Below, piece by piece: positions 55,214-64,000 of a stretch of 64,000 bases of DNA. The stretch lies in IMG/VR virus record IMGVR_UViG_3300021963_000022; one strand, written 5' to 3'. Below the pieces are notes generated by a model. The model saw only the letters and a program-made list of their open reading frames with translations, had not been told where the DNA came from and did no database searches. Position 1 is the first letter of the stretch, and the number at the start of each line of letters is the position of its first letter. Source of the DNA: a virus (taxonomy: Duplodnaviria > Caudoviricetes). The position numbers were made by a program, and so were the translations under genes.

Positions 55214-55749
55214 AAGTTAATATTAAACCTTTTCCCAAGAAAGGTGGTCGCAGAAAAATCAATGTTCAAATTGAACGACATGATACATGGAGCTTAGACC
55301 ACACTCTTGCAATTATAATCTATCCTGCATTAATTCAGCTTAAAGCTACTAAGCATGGTGTTCCTAGTGGCTTAGTAGATGATGTAGGTGGGGAAGATTG
55401 GAGTCAACAAGAATGTTTTGATTTCTATAAAGAAACACACAATGAATCATGGGAAATCGCTGCCAAACGCTGGGACGAAATACTAGACAAAATGATCTGG
55501 TCATTTCAGCAATTAGCCGAAGATGATTACTCAAAATTCTATCATCACGGTAAGGGTGAATATGATTGGTTGAAGACTGATAAACTATATCCAAACCCTA
55601 TTACAGGTAAGGATGAAGCAACTTGGCAAATGGTTGACAAGAATCCCAATGAACATTGGTATGACCATGTTGGTCATCAATTGCATGAGACACGTATCCA
55701 AGAAGGTTTAGAACTATTTGGTAAGTATTACAGAAGTTTGTGGGATTAA
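55210..55749 (+). CDS. Phage hypothetical protein
   Basis: HDTWSLDHTLA.II.P, WDEILDKMIWSF, GLELFGKYY. Confidence 0.7.
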   Translation: MKVNIKPFPKKGGRRKINVQIERHDTWSLDHTLAIIIYPALIQLKATKHGVPSGLVDDVGGEDWSQQECFDFYKETHNESWEIAAKRWDEILDKMIWSFQQLAEDDYSKFYHHGKGEYDWLKTDKLYPNPITGKDEATWQMVDKNPNEHWYDHVGHQLHETRIQEGLELFGKYYRSLWD

Positions 55750-55750
55750 G

Positions 55751-55990
55751 ATGTTTGATAAAATGGTAGATCAATTAAGAATACAGACATTAGGTAAAGG
55801 TAAAAAAGATTTTAAGATTAGTAAACAAGAGTTTGCTGATTTTTGCAAAGAGTTTCTATTTGAACAGATTAAAGGTGAGTACAAATTAGGTGAAGCTTTT
55901 TGTAAAAAATATGACGAACCAAATTATGTACTAAGTATTTTACCCGATCATAGTGCGAAGGCACATATTAAAAAATTCTACGTTAAATGA
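55751..55990 (+). CDS. Hypothetical protein
   Basis: Start refined to ATG 55751. Confidence 0.55.
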   Translation: MFDKMVDQLRIQTLGKGKKDFKISKQEFADFCKEFLFEQIKGEYKLGEAFCKKYDEPNYVLSILPDHSAKAHIKKFYVK

Positions 55991-56487
55991 AACAAAAATT
56001 TATAGACTATTATATGGATATAGCTGACCTAACTAGTAAGCTAAGTTCAGCTATCAGATTAAATGTAGGTGCTGTAATCGTTAAAGGCAATAAGATTCTA
56101 GGTACAGGTTACAACGGTATGCCAACTGGATGGACTAACGAATGTGAATATAAAGAATACATGCCGGGTGATACTTGGGATGGACAATTATATCCATTTG
56201 AAGAATATGATAGTTCTGTAGAAAGTAATCGTAGATATCGTTTAGTTACTAAGGATGAGGTATTACATGCAGAAATGAATGCAATTGCTAAAGTGTCCGC
56301 AAGTACAGAATCTAGCGAAGATGCTACATTGTTTGTTACACATGCACCATGCATACATTGTGCAAAAGCTATCTATCAATCTGGTATCAAAAATGTGTTT
56401 TATAGAGAAGCATACAGAGATACTAAAGGACTAGAGTTTCTTGAACAAGGTGGAGTAATTGTTAACAGATACCCAACACAAGATTGA
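55987..56487 (+). CDS. cd: dCMP deaminase
   Basis: GYNG, HAEMNAI, PCIHC. Confidence 0.92.
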   Translation: MKQKFIDYYMDIADLTSKLSSAIRLNVGAVIVKGNKILGTGYNGMPTGWTNECEYKEYMPGDTWDGQLYPFEEYDSSVESNRRYRLVTKDEVLHAEMNAIAKVSASTESSEDATLFVTHAPCIHCAKAIYQSGIKNVFYREAYRDTKGLEFLEQGGVIVNRYPTQD

Positions 56488-56659
56488 TCTCAATATAGGG
56501 TACGGTGGTCTTGGTCCTATAGTGGAATGGGCTAAAGAAAACTGTACAAATAATTGGAACTATGAGATAATAGAATCAGCTGGTAAAGATGCCGGTATCT
56601 ATCGTTTTTACTTTGTAGAAGAAATAGATTACATAAAATTTACATTATGGAAAACATGA
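56459..56659 (+). CDS. Hypothetical protein
   Basis: ORF track; start uncertain. Confidence 0.4.
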   Translation: MLTDTQHKIDLNIGYGGLGPIVEWAKENCTNNWNYEIIESAGKDAGIYRFYFVEEIDYIKFTLWKT

Positions 56660-56895
56660 GATACATAACTTTCTTCAGACAAAATAACGACTTTACTGAT
56701 ATAATAGCCGACCCCACTATTAAAAAAGCAATAGACGAAAAGATATCATTCCTTAATCATTTGATTTTAGGTATAACTGATGATGATAAAATATTCAGCT
56801 ACATTACATTAAAATACGGTGATAACATAGTCACTAACAATATTAAAGACTACAGACCTATACCACATGTAGACTATACACCCATACGTAGATGA
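56647..56895 (+). CDS. Hypothetical protein
   Basis: ORF track. Confidence 0.5.
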   Translation: MENMRYITFFRQNNDFTDIIADPTIKKAIDEKISFLNHLILGITDDDKIFSYITLKYGDNIVTNNIKDYRPIPHVDYTPIRR

Positions 56896-57263
56896 AAATG
56901 GAAACAGTAATTCTTCAACTTCTTATCTTACTTTATATCAAACACTGGTACATTGATTTTGTTAATCAGAACGATGCTGAGATAGCTAGTAAAGGTATCT
57001 ATGGTGACAAACTAGGTATATTACATAGTGCCAAGCATGGCATTCTCACAGCACTATGTGTATTTTTTGTCACTGGATATATGTATTTGATTTACGCAAT
57101 CATTTTAGGTGTGATTGACTTTGTTGCACATTATCATATTGATTGGGTCAAATCAAATTATGGTAACAATAACATCAAAACTAAAGAGTTTTGGAATCAT
57201 TTAGGATTAGACCAACTAGCTCACCAATTGGTTTATCTATTCATTGCTTACATGATAAGTTAA
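56892..57263 (+). CDS. DUF3307 membrane protein
   Basis: KHWYIDF..Q, HSAKHG, HYHIDW.K, GLDQLAH. Confidence 0.75.
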   Translation: MKMETVILQLLILLYIKHWYIDFVNQNDAEIASKGIYGDKLGILHSAKHGILTALCVFFVTGYMYLIYAIILGVIDFVAHYHIDWVKSNYGNNNIKTKEFWNHLGLDQLAHQLVYLFIAYMIS

Positions 57264-57505
57264 GTACTTGGTTTTCTAGTATAATCAACTAAATTAAAAT
57301 CTTCGCCAGAACCCACTAAACAAGTGATATCACCTTTAGTAGTGATTATAGACCAAGATTTAGTATTTGGATTAATCCACAAAGACATTATACTACGAGC
57401 TTGGTCTGCTGTTTTGCCAATCAACAGTGGGCTCTCTCTGTATTTCTCTTTGAGTTTACCTACAATTTCTTTTGTATCTGAACAATAAAGTTCAGCGGTA
57501 ATCAT
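57260..57505 (-). CDS. Hypothetical protein
   Basis: Start refined to ATG 57505 (SD GGAG; avoids a 56-nt overlap with the cyclase gene). Confidence 0.5.
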   Translation of the reverse strand: MITAELYCSDTKEIVGKLKEKYRESPLLIGKTADQARSIMSLWINPNTKSWSIITTKGDITCLVGSGEDFNLVDYTRKPST

Positions 57506-57515
57506 CTCTCCGGCG

Positions 57516-59567
57516 TTACTTTGTAGTGGCACGATAGACGCCATCCCAATCAGTAGGTAAATTGTTTTCACGTAGTTCTCCTATTCTTTCTATCATTATA
57601 TCATAATAGTCATCCATATGCGAATCAAATTCACCCTTTAGTTGGTCTATCATATGCAATGCCTGATCCCATTTCTGTTCACGGTAATAATCTATCATCA
57701 AATCATGTATCTCACGTGCTGATAGATATTCTGTAATAGTACTAGGATCAGTCTTTAATGGTGTGTAGATATTCAATCCAATTGTCTTACCCTTTACAGC
57801 AATACAATCTAACTCTAATGTAAAGATTTCATCTTTAACTTGCTCATTAGTATTAGGACCAATGATACATAACACACCATATCCTTTAGTCTGGCCTTCT
57901 AGCCTAGCCGCAGTAGATACACTATCACCTAATACGTCATAACCAAACTTAGTTTTAGCACCAATGTTACCGATCAATGTTTCACCTGTGTTAACACCGG
58001 CACCCATACCAACTGGTGGACGACCACTCGCTGTTAACTCTTTATTGAATTCTTCAATAGCATCAATCATTTGCATTGCAGTTATAACCGCTGTTACTGC
58101 ATGTTTAGGATCGTCTAATGGTGCACCATGTACATGTAAACTTGCATCACCGATGAACTTAATTAATGTACCATCGTTCTTTAATACAGGAACACTTAAT
58201 GCAGTCATGTAGTCATTCATAATCTGTGTCAAGCCTTCAACGTCATCTCCGAATGACTCGCCTAAACTAGTGAATCCACGCAAATCAGTCATAACAATAG
58301 ATAATTCTCTACGTTCTCCTCCTAACTTAATTAGTGAAGGATCTTTCTGTAATCTTTCAACTATAGTTGGATTGACATAACTTCCAAACTGTTTCTTAAT
58401 TTGTTGTTTCTGTAAGAATTCACTTACAAACTTGACAGTATAAGCATGAAGATAAACCAAACCAATCCCAGTAACAGGGGCGGTAATATCATAGAGCCAT
58501 AGATTGGATGTGAATAGATACGATGCAATAAAATGACTAGAACCAAGAACAATAATAACTGGAATAAAAGCATATGTCCACCTTGATAATAATATAACTA
58601 ATAAACCTAAAGCTAGTATAGCGATAAGTTCCACACCATCAGCATAATCAGGACGCACAATAACAACATTGTTAAGCATCGTTCCTATTATACTAGCTTG
58701 AACATCATGTGGCCATACTGATCCTTTACTTGTCGGTACAGGATTGTTTAATCCACTCGCAGTTAAGCCCACTATAACAATAGCACCACCAAAGTCTTTT
58801 GGTAGATCCATTAAACTTACTGGTTTGCTTTGTTGACTGTAATCAATCCAAATACGTCCTAAATTATCAGTAATAATAGTACCAAACTTTGGTATACGCA
58901 TTTTTTCTACACCATTCTCGTTAAGCTTAACTTGGAATGTTGTATCTCCTGCGGCCACTCTTAGTACTTCCATACTTAAACTTGGGTAGAGTTTACCATC
59001 TACACTAGCAATCAATGGGATACGTCTATTGACACCATCTATCTCTGGTAATGTATTAGCTGTACCTACACCATATGCACTGTTTTCTAATAGAGGAACG
59101 TTAGCAATGATTCCTGGATACTGAACTATTCTATCTAACCATTCAGGAGCTAATACTGCTGCACCTGGATTACGTGGAATATTCTTTGTTTTGTCACTAG
59201 GTATATTAGGAAGAATAACAGGATACTGTTTCATAATATATGCTAACTTACCATCTTGACCACTTCTATCACTATCAGGCATTAGTACGTTGAATACAAC
59301 AAGACCTGCATTACGTTTGTATAAGTCTTCTATTATTTTAGCGTATTCGTTGCGTGGTAATGGCCACTGACCATACTTGTCCAATGTTGCTTCATCTACA
59401 TTGACTGTGTAGATGTTGTTTTCTGTTGGAGCTTTATTAGTGATAAGAGTATCAAAATATCTTAATCTAACTGATTCTATGAATTGAGAATCTGCTACAC
59501 GAACCGAAAGAACTAGTACTAGCGTTAGTAGCGCCGACCAGGGACTGAGAATTATTTTTTTAATCAT
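57516..59567 (-). CDS. CHASE2-sensor class III adenylate/guanylate cyclase
   Basis: N-terminal helix, CHASE2 (WPLPR, DGVNRR, VWPH), three transmembrane helices, TDLRGFT, IKFIGDA, GVNTG, YDVLGD..AARLE. Confidence 0.92.
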   Translation of the reverse strand: MIKKIILSPWSALLTLVLVLSVRVADSQFIESVRLRYFDTLITNKAPTENNIYTVNVDEATLDKYGQWPLPRNEYAKIIEDLYKRNAGLVVFNVLMPDSDRSGQDGKLAYIMKQYPVILPNIPSDKTKNIPRNPGAAVLAPEWLDRIVQYPGIIANVPLLENSAYGVGTANTLPEIDGVNRRIPLIASVDGKLYPSLSMEVLRVAAGDTTFQVKLNENGVEKMRIPKFGTIITDNLGRIWIDYSQQSKPVSLMDLPKDFGGAIVIVGLTASGLNNPVPTSKGSVWPHDVQASIIGTMLNNVVIVRPDYADGVELIAILALGLLVILLSRWTYAFIPVIIVLGSSHFIASYLFTSNLWLYDITAPVTGIGLVYLHAYTVKFVSEFLQKQQIKKQFGSYVNPTIVERLQKDPSLIKLGGERRELSIVMTDLRGFTSLGESFGDDVEGLTQIMNDYMTALSVPVLKNDGTLIKFIGDASLHVHGAPLDDPKHAVTAVITAMQMIDAIEEFNKELTASGRPPVGMGAGVNTGETLIGNIGAKTKFGYDVLGDSVSTAARLEGQTKGYGVLCIIGPNTNEQVKDEIFTLELDCIAVKGKTIGLNIYTPLKTDPSTITEYLSAREIHDLMIDYYREQKWDQALHMIDQLKGEFDSHMDDYYDIMIERIGELRENNLPTDWDGVYRATTK

Positions 59568-59628
59568 ATGTTAGAATGTTTTCTAAGTCTGTCATTTTGT
59601 TTCCTTTGTAATAAATGTGTTTATTATT

Positions 59629-62600
59629 TTAAGTTGATGAATAACCTGCGGCTGCTAATTCAAATCTAGCAGTACCAACACCTGCAGTATCACCGGCTAC
59701 GACACCTGTATTACTTACTTTGTTGGTTATTGATGTTAGGCCAAGACCATATCCAAATATAGCTTTATCAGAGCCATAACCTGCGGCTGCTAAATTAGCC
59801 CTAGCAGTGCCTACACCGGTAGTATCAGTAGCTACAACTCCTGTGTTTGATACTTTGTTGGTTATTGATACATAAGCACCTGACGGTACTGTTACATGAC
59901 CATATCCAAATATAGCCTTGTCAGTACCATAACCTGCGGCTGCTAATCCACTTCTAGCAGTCCCTACACCTGAGGTATCAGTAGCAACTACACCGGTATT
60001 TGATACTAGGTTGGTTATTGAAGTGGACGGGCTGAACCCATATCCAAATATAGCTTTATCAGTACCATAACCTGCGGCTGCTAATAAAGTTCTTGCAGTA
60101 CCAACACCTGCGGTATCAGTTGCCACTACACCTGTGCTTGATACTAGATTGGTCATTGACACGTATTCGAAGGTTTCGCCATATCCAAAAATAGCTTTAT
60201 TACCACCATAACCTGCGGCTGCAAGACGATGCCTAGCAGTACCAACACCTGTTGTATTACTAGCAACCACGCCTGTATTTGATACTAGATTGGTTATTGA
60301 TTGATTCAAGGCAGAGTTATTACCACCATATCCAAATATAGCTTTATCACCACCATAACTTGCTGCCGCCAATCCATATCTACCAGTACCAACACCAGTA
60401 GTGTCTGTAGCAACTACACCGGTGTTTGATACTAGATTGGTCATTGAGACACCATCACCAGCAGACCCATATCCAAATATAGCTCTTTGAGTAGGAAGAG
60501 AAGCCGTACTAGTATCATTAATCGTCACAGTACTACTTGTGGCAACTATGGTACCACTGGTACTATCGGTTCTTAATGACACTGTAAATGTTTCTGCTCC
60601 TTCTGTTGTTGCATCATCTGTTGTAGTTACAGTAAATGAACCGGCATTAGAGGTTATTGTAAATGAACCTGAACTGGCTGAAAAATCATTTGCCGCAGTT
60701 GAGATATTATTAATTGACCAGTAATATGTTCCATTAATAATATTTGTTCCACCAACATTAAATGTCAATGTACTTACCTCATTAACACTTGAAGATGCCG
60801 GTGTTATGGTGTAAGTAGGTGTCAAACTAATATCATTAATTGTCACCGGAATACTTGTGGCAACTATATCACCACTAACACTACCGATTCGTAACGACAC
60901 CGTAAATGTTTCTGCTCCTTCAGTTAATTGATCGGCTGTCGGTGTTACTGTAAATGAACCGGCATTAGATGTAATTGTAAAAGATCCAGAGCTTGTTTCA
61001 AAATCACCGACATTTGAATTTATTGTCCAGTAATATGTTCCATTGATAATACCTATTCCACCTGCATTAAATGTCAATGCTGAACCTTCATTAACACTTA
61101 AAGATAGCGGTGTTATAACATAAATAGGCGGGTCCGATGTAGTAAATGTTATTGAGCCTGAGCTTGTAAATGTATAATATCTATATCCGTCACGTTGTAT
61201 TGTTGATACTGTACCGGTCGTTACTGATGCCGGTGCATATGAGTCCAAGTATCGAAGGACAACAGCTCCGGCAGCTCCGTTGAAACCATCGTAAGGTGCA
61301 CCGCCAGAACGTCCGCCGCCTCCGCCGCCACCGCTATTAGGAGACCCTGAACATCCTAATATAGTACCAGTATTGATATGAAAAATAGTAGCTTGACCAC
61401 CTCCGCCAATTCCACCGAGACCTGTTCCAGTACTAGTATTAGATTGTGCTCCACCACCGCCACCGCCGTAATATTTACCATCAAAGGCCTGCAATCCTGG
61501 ACCACCGTTGCCGGTGCCATCAAGAGGAGTGCCAGTACTATCCGATCCTGCCCCGCCCGCTCCACCACCGCCTCCGGTATCAACAGTCTGACCGGTGCCG
61601 CCATCATATCCTTGACCAATAGTGCCGGCACCGCCAGCTGCATAACCACTAACAGACGAGCCGCCACCGCCTGAACCACCTGCGCTTCCACTTTGGATAC
61701 TACCACCTCCACCTCCCCCTATAGCAGTAATAGATCCAAATACAGAATTGGATCCATTATTGCCAGGTTGAGTTGAATCTACTGACCCAGTACCACCTTC
61801 ACCAACTATCACTGTAATAGGTACACCGGGTGTAATGCTATATCCTGTTCCCGTCAAGAAGCCACCACCACCACCGCCACCGCCACCGCCGTAGCCACCA
61901 CCACCACCGCCGGCTACAACTACATAATCAATTGTTGTTGGTATTGTAGTTGATGTAACGACAGAAACTGAATTACTAGGAACACTAGTGCCTATACTAT
62001 TAGTAGCAGTTACTGTAAATGTATAAGTTGTGTCAAGGGTCAAATCACTAAACACTGTGCTACCACCATCTATACAATTGACAGTATTAATAATCCCTAA
62101 CGGATATTGAACATTGCCGGGAAGACGAGTTATACTATATGTAGTGATCGGTGAATTTCCATTACTGATTGGAGCAAGAAAATCAACTGTAGCTGTAGTA
62201 GCATTAATTAATGTTGCACTTAATATGATAGGAGCAGAAGGAGCAGTAGTAGTTCCTGCTATCGCCCCTACTACATCCCTAGCTGGAGAAGCTGGTAATA
62301 CATTTACCCAATTAGTACCACTACCTATTTGAGTTGGACTACTACGAGGGATGATATTGCTTAATCCCAGTATACCACCAGAATTAGAGCCCCAACTCCA
62401 CAATGTGCCGTCAGATTTAACACCTACAACAGAAGAATATCCTGCATTTACAATAGACCAATTGGTGTCGCTACCTATCTGAGTTGGACTACTTCTTTCG
62501 ATAGAAATTGAATTCAATCCGGTTTGGCCATGCCTAGAATCCCCACATACCCACAACGTACCGTCTGTTTTTATTAAAAAATTAGTATCTGATCCAGTCG

Positions 62601-63999
62601 ACTGGGTTTTAGATATTCTAGCCCATGTAGTTAATGAGCCAACTTGTACTGGACTACTTCTAGAGATTGTAGTATTATCACCTAAGGTACCAAATGTATT
62701 ATCTCCCCAAGACCATAATGTACCGTTTGTTTTAATTGCCAATACATTCTGCGTATTACCACCTATACTGATCCAATCAGTATCAGCACCGACTTGAACT
62801 GGACTACTTCTAGCTATTGTATTGTTTGTACCCAACTGACCAGCAGAATTATCTCCCCATGCCCATAATGTTCCATTTGTTTTTAGTGCAAAAGTAGAAT
62901 ATGGACCACTAAACACACTAGACCAATTTGTGTCAGACCCTAATTGCACTGGGCTACTTTTGTTTGTACTATTTGAGTTGCTTATTCCGGATATAGATAT
63001 AGGCTCGCCCCATACCCATAATGTACCATCTGTTTTAACAGCAAGTGAAACTGCGTCCTGACTTACTGCTGTCGCAGAAACTACTCTCCAATTAGTCAAG
63101 CTGCCAACTTGTACTGGACTACTTCTAGTCACATTATCGTTAACACCTAATTGACCAACACCATTGGGACCCCATGCCCACAATGTACCATCTTTTTTCG
63201 TTGCTAACACATGTTTATATCCTACACTAATAGTAGACCAAGTACTAGCACTACCGACTTGAACTGGACTACTTCTAGCTATTATATTATTTGTACCCAT
63301 TTGTCCGTTTGCATTCAGTCCCCAAGTATACAATTCGGTAGTGGGTATATTAGTTGTAACACTATTACTTGCACTACTAGGTAAGCTTTCACCGACACTA
63401 TTTGTTGCAGTAACTGTAAATGTATAAGTTGATTGTGGATTTAATCCAACTACAGTAATTGGTCCGAGCACAGTTGAGTAAGCTTTGATATTATCCGGAG
63501 TACTTGTTACCGTATATTGTACGATATCACTCCCGTTATCAGATAATGGTCTAGTAAATGATACACTGACTGTACTTATACCTGTAACTGTTGCGACTAC
63601 ATTTGTAGGAGCTGATGGTTTAGCTGCGGTACCTTTAATAAGCATTGCGGTACCTCCTGTGAATTCAGAACTAGCTCTTAACCAGTTAGTGTCACTACCA
63701 ATTTGTACCGGACTACTTCTGCTAACTACATCACCGAGTCCTAATTGACCAACACCATTGGGACCCCATGACCATATTGTACCATCAGTCTTGATGGCTT
63801 TTGTTGTACGGCCGGCACTAACCACAGTCCAGCTACTTGTACCAAGTTGAGTCGGGCTACTACGATGCACTGTATCATTTAATCCCAATACTCCGAATGC
63901 ATTCTCCCCCCATGTCCATAATGAACCATTATTTTTAATAGCGGCTGCATTGTATCTTCCTCTTGATATTTTTACCCACGTAGTTTCTGAACCTATTTG
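59629..63999 (-). CDS. Large adhesin/tail-fibre-like protein (RCC1 repeats, FN3, Gly-rich, Calx-beta-like, C-terminal six-repeat propeller); 5' end lies beyond the window
   Basis: Frame stays open from 63888 to the window end (QIGSETTWVK...); SSPVQVG..W repeats; YTFTVTATN FN3 motifs. Confidence 0.85.
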   Translation of the reverse strand, partial: QIGSETTWVKISRGRYNAAAIKNNGSLWTWGENAFGVLGLNDTVHRSSPTQLGTSSWTVVSAGRTTKAIKTDGTIWSWGPNGVGQLGLGDVVSRSSPVQIGSDTNWLRASSEFTGGTAMLIKGTAAKPSAPTNVVATVTGISTVSVSFTRPLSDNGSDIVQYTVTSTPDNIKAYSTVLGPITVVGLNPQSTYTFTVTATNSVGESLPSSASNSVTTNIPTTELYTWGLNANGQMGTNNIIARSSPVQVGSASTWSTISVGYKHVLATKKDGTLWAWGPNGVGQLGVNDNVTRSSPVQVGSLTNWRVVSATAVSQDAVSLAVKTDGTLWVWGEPISISGISNSNSTNKSSPVQLGSDTNWSSVFSGPYSTFALKTNGTLWAWGDNSAGQLGTNNTIARSSPVQVGADTDWISIGGNTQNVLAIKTNGTLWSWGDNTFGTLGDNTTISRSSPVQVGSLTTWARISKTQSTGSDTNFLIKTDGTLWVCGDSRHGQTGLNSISIERSSPTQIGSDTNWSIVNAGYSSVVGVKSDGTLWSWGSNSGGILGLSNIIPRSSPTQIGSGTNWVNVLPASPARDVVGAIAGTTTAPSAPIILSATLINATTATVDFLAPISNGNSPITTYSITRLPGNVQYPLGIINTVNCIDGGSTVFSDLTLDTTYTFTVTATNSIGTSVPSNSVSVVTSTTIPTTIDYVVVAGGGGGGYGGGGGGGGGGFLTGTGYSITPGVPITVIVGEGGTGSVDSTQPGNNGSNSVFGSITAIGGGGGGSIQSGSAGGSGGGGSSVSGYAAGGAGTIGQGYDGGTGQTVDTGGGGGAGGAGSDSTGTPLDGTGNGGPGLQAFDGKYYGGGGGGAQSNTSTGTGLGGIGGGGQATIFHINTGTILGCSGSPNSGGGGGGGRSGGAPYDGFNGAAGAVVLRYLDSYAPASVTTGTVSTIQRDGYRYYTFTSSGSITFTTSDPPIYVITPLSLSVNEGSALTFNAGGIGIINGTYYWTINSNVGDFETSSGSFTITSNAGSFTVTPTADQLTEGAETFTVSLRIGSVSGDIVATSIPVTINDISLTPTYTITPASSSVNEVSTLTFNVGGTNIINGTYYWSINNISTAANDFSASSGSFTITSNAGSFTVTTTDDATTEGAETFTVSLRTDSTSGTIVATSSTVTINDTSTASLPTQRAIFGYGSAGDGVSMTNLVSNTGVVATDTTGVGTGRYGLAAASYGGDKAIFGYGGNNSALNQSITNLVSNTGVVASNTTGVGTARHRLAAAGYGGNKAIFGYGETFEYVSMTNLVSSTGVVATDTAGVGTARTLLAAAGYGTDKAIFGYGFSPSTSITNLVSNTGVVATDTSGVGTARSGLAAAGYGTDKAIFGYGHVTVPSGAYVSITNKVSNTGVVATDTTGVGTARANLAAAGYGSDKAIFGYGLGLTSITNKVSNTGVVAGDTAGVGTARFELAAAGYSST
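59632..60490 (-). repeat. Six near-identical coding repeats (AIFGYG-loop-SITNLVSNTGVVATDTTGVGTAR..LAAAGYG)
   Basis: Protein- and DNA-level repeats visible. Confidence 0.85.
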
Positions 64000-64000
64000 C

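Noticed and set aside
57505-57571. Signal-peptide-like N-terminal extension of the 57260 ORF (GTG start at 57571)
   Set aside because: It overlaps the cyclase C-terminus by 56 nt; ATG 57505 has a GGAG SD and fits better
61356-61712. Alternative-frame and antisense ORFs in the Gly-rich region (61356-61712, 61378-61674)
   Set aside because: Shadows of GGN-rich codons in the long adhesin ORF; no SD and no family motif
59629-64000. Diversity-generating retroelement target in the adhesin repeats
   Set aside because: No reverse transcriptase or non-coding template repeat in the window, and repeat differences include indels rather than adenine-specific substitutions
1-64000. Stop-codon reassignment (alternative genetic code)
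   Set aside because: Long conserved genes are intact under code 11, and TAA and TGA end genes at expected positions with normal overlaps

Overview
This window is 64 kb of an AT-rich, densely coding genome that reads as a large (jumbo) T4-related tailed phage using the standard genetic code. The evidence is a family-B DNA polymerase next to a gp45-like clamp, a DsbA/GapR-like protein, an RNase H/FEN nuclease, an ATP-dependent ligase, a dCMP deaminase, sigma70-type early promoters and a T4-like late motif (GATAAATA). Main blocks: (1) replication genes at 2.4-6.2 kb. (2) A 7-deazaguanine DNA-modification locus at 7.3-19.9 kb: TGT/DpdA-like transglycosylase, FolE, QueD, QueE and a second QueD-like protein with LxxxHRHxF, but no QueC in the window. 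It is interleaved with two GT-B glycosyltransferases, a cytidylyltransferase, a class II aldolase, an NDP-sugar epimerase and an R67/DfrB-type dihydrofolate reductase, and a preQ1-riboswitch-like RNA lies before queD. (3) Late genes whose products start with T4 capsid-targeting-like leaders (MRAxEF..E) and carry enzyme domains (HExxH peptidase, ART-like, kinase-like, GP88, PD-(D/E)xK). (4) Two islands of small genes, each driven by a near-identical 44-bp promoter cassette (8 copies). (5) A proteostasis/translation block: ClpX, bS21, Hsp20 with a ROSE-like thermometer, ClpS and ClpP. (6) Nucleotide-metabolism genes, a CHASE2 adenylate cyclase and a 5'-truncated RCC1/FN3/propeller adhesin-like gene. 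All family calls come from motif recognition by eye; no database search or folding program was run. No tRNA, rRNA, CRISPR array, integrase or reverse transcriptase was recognised.
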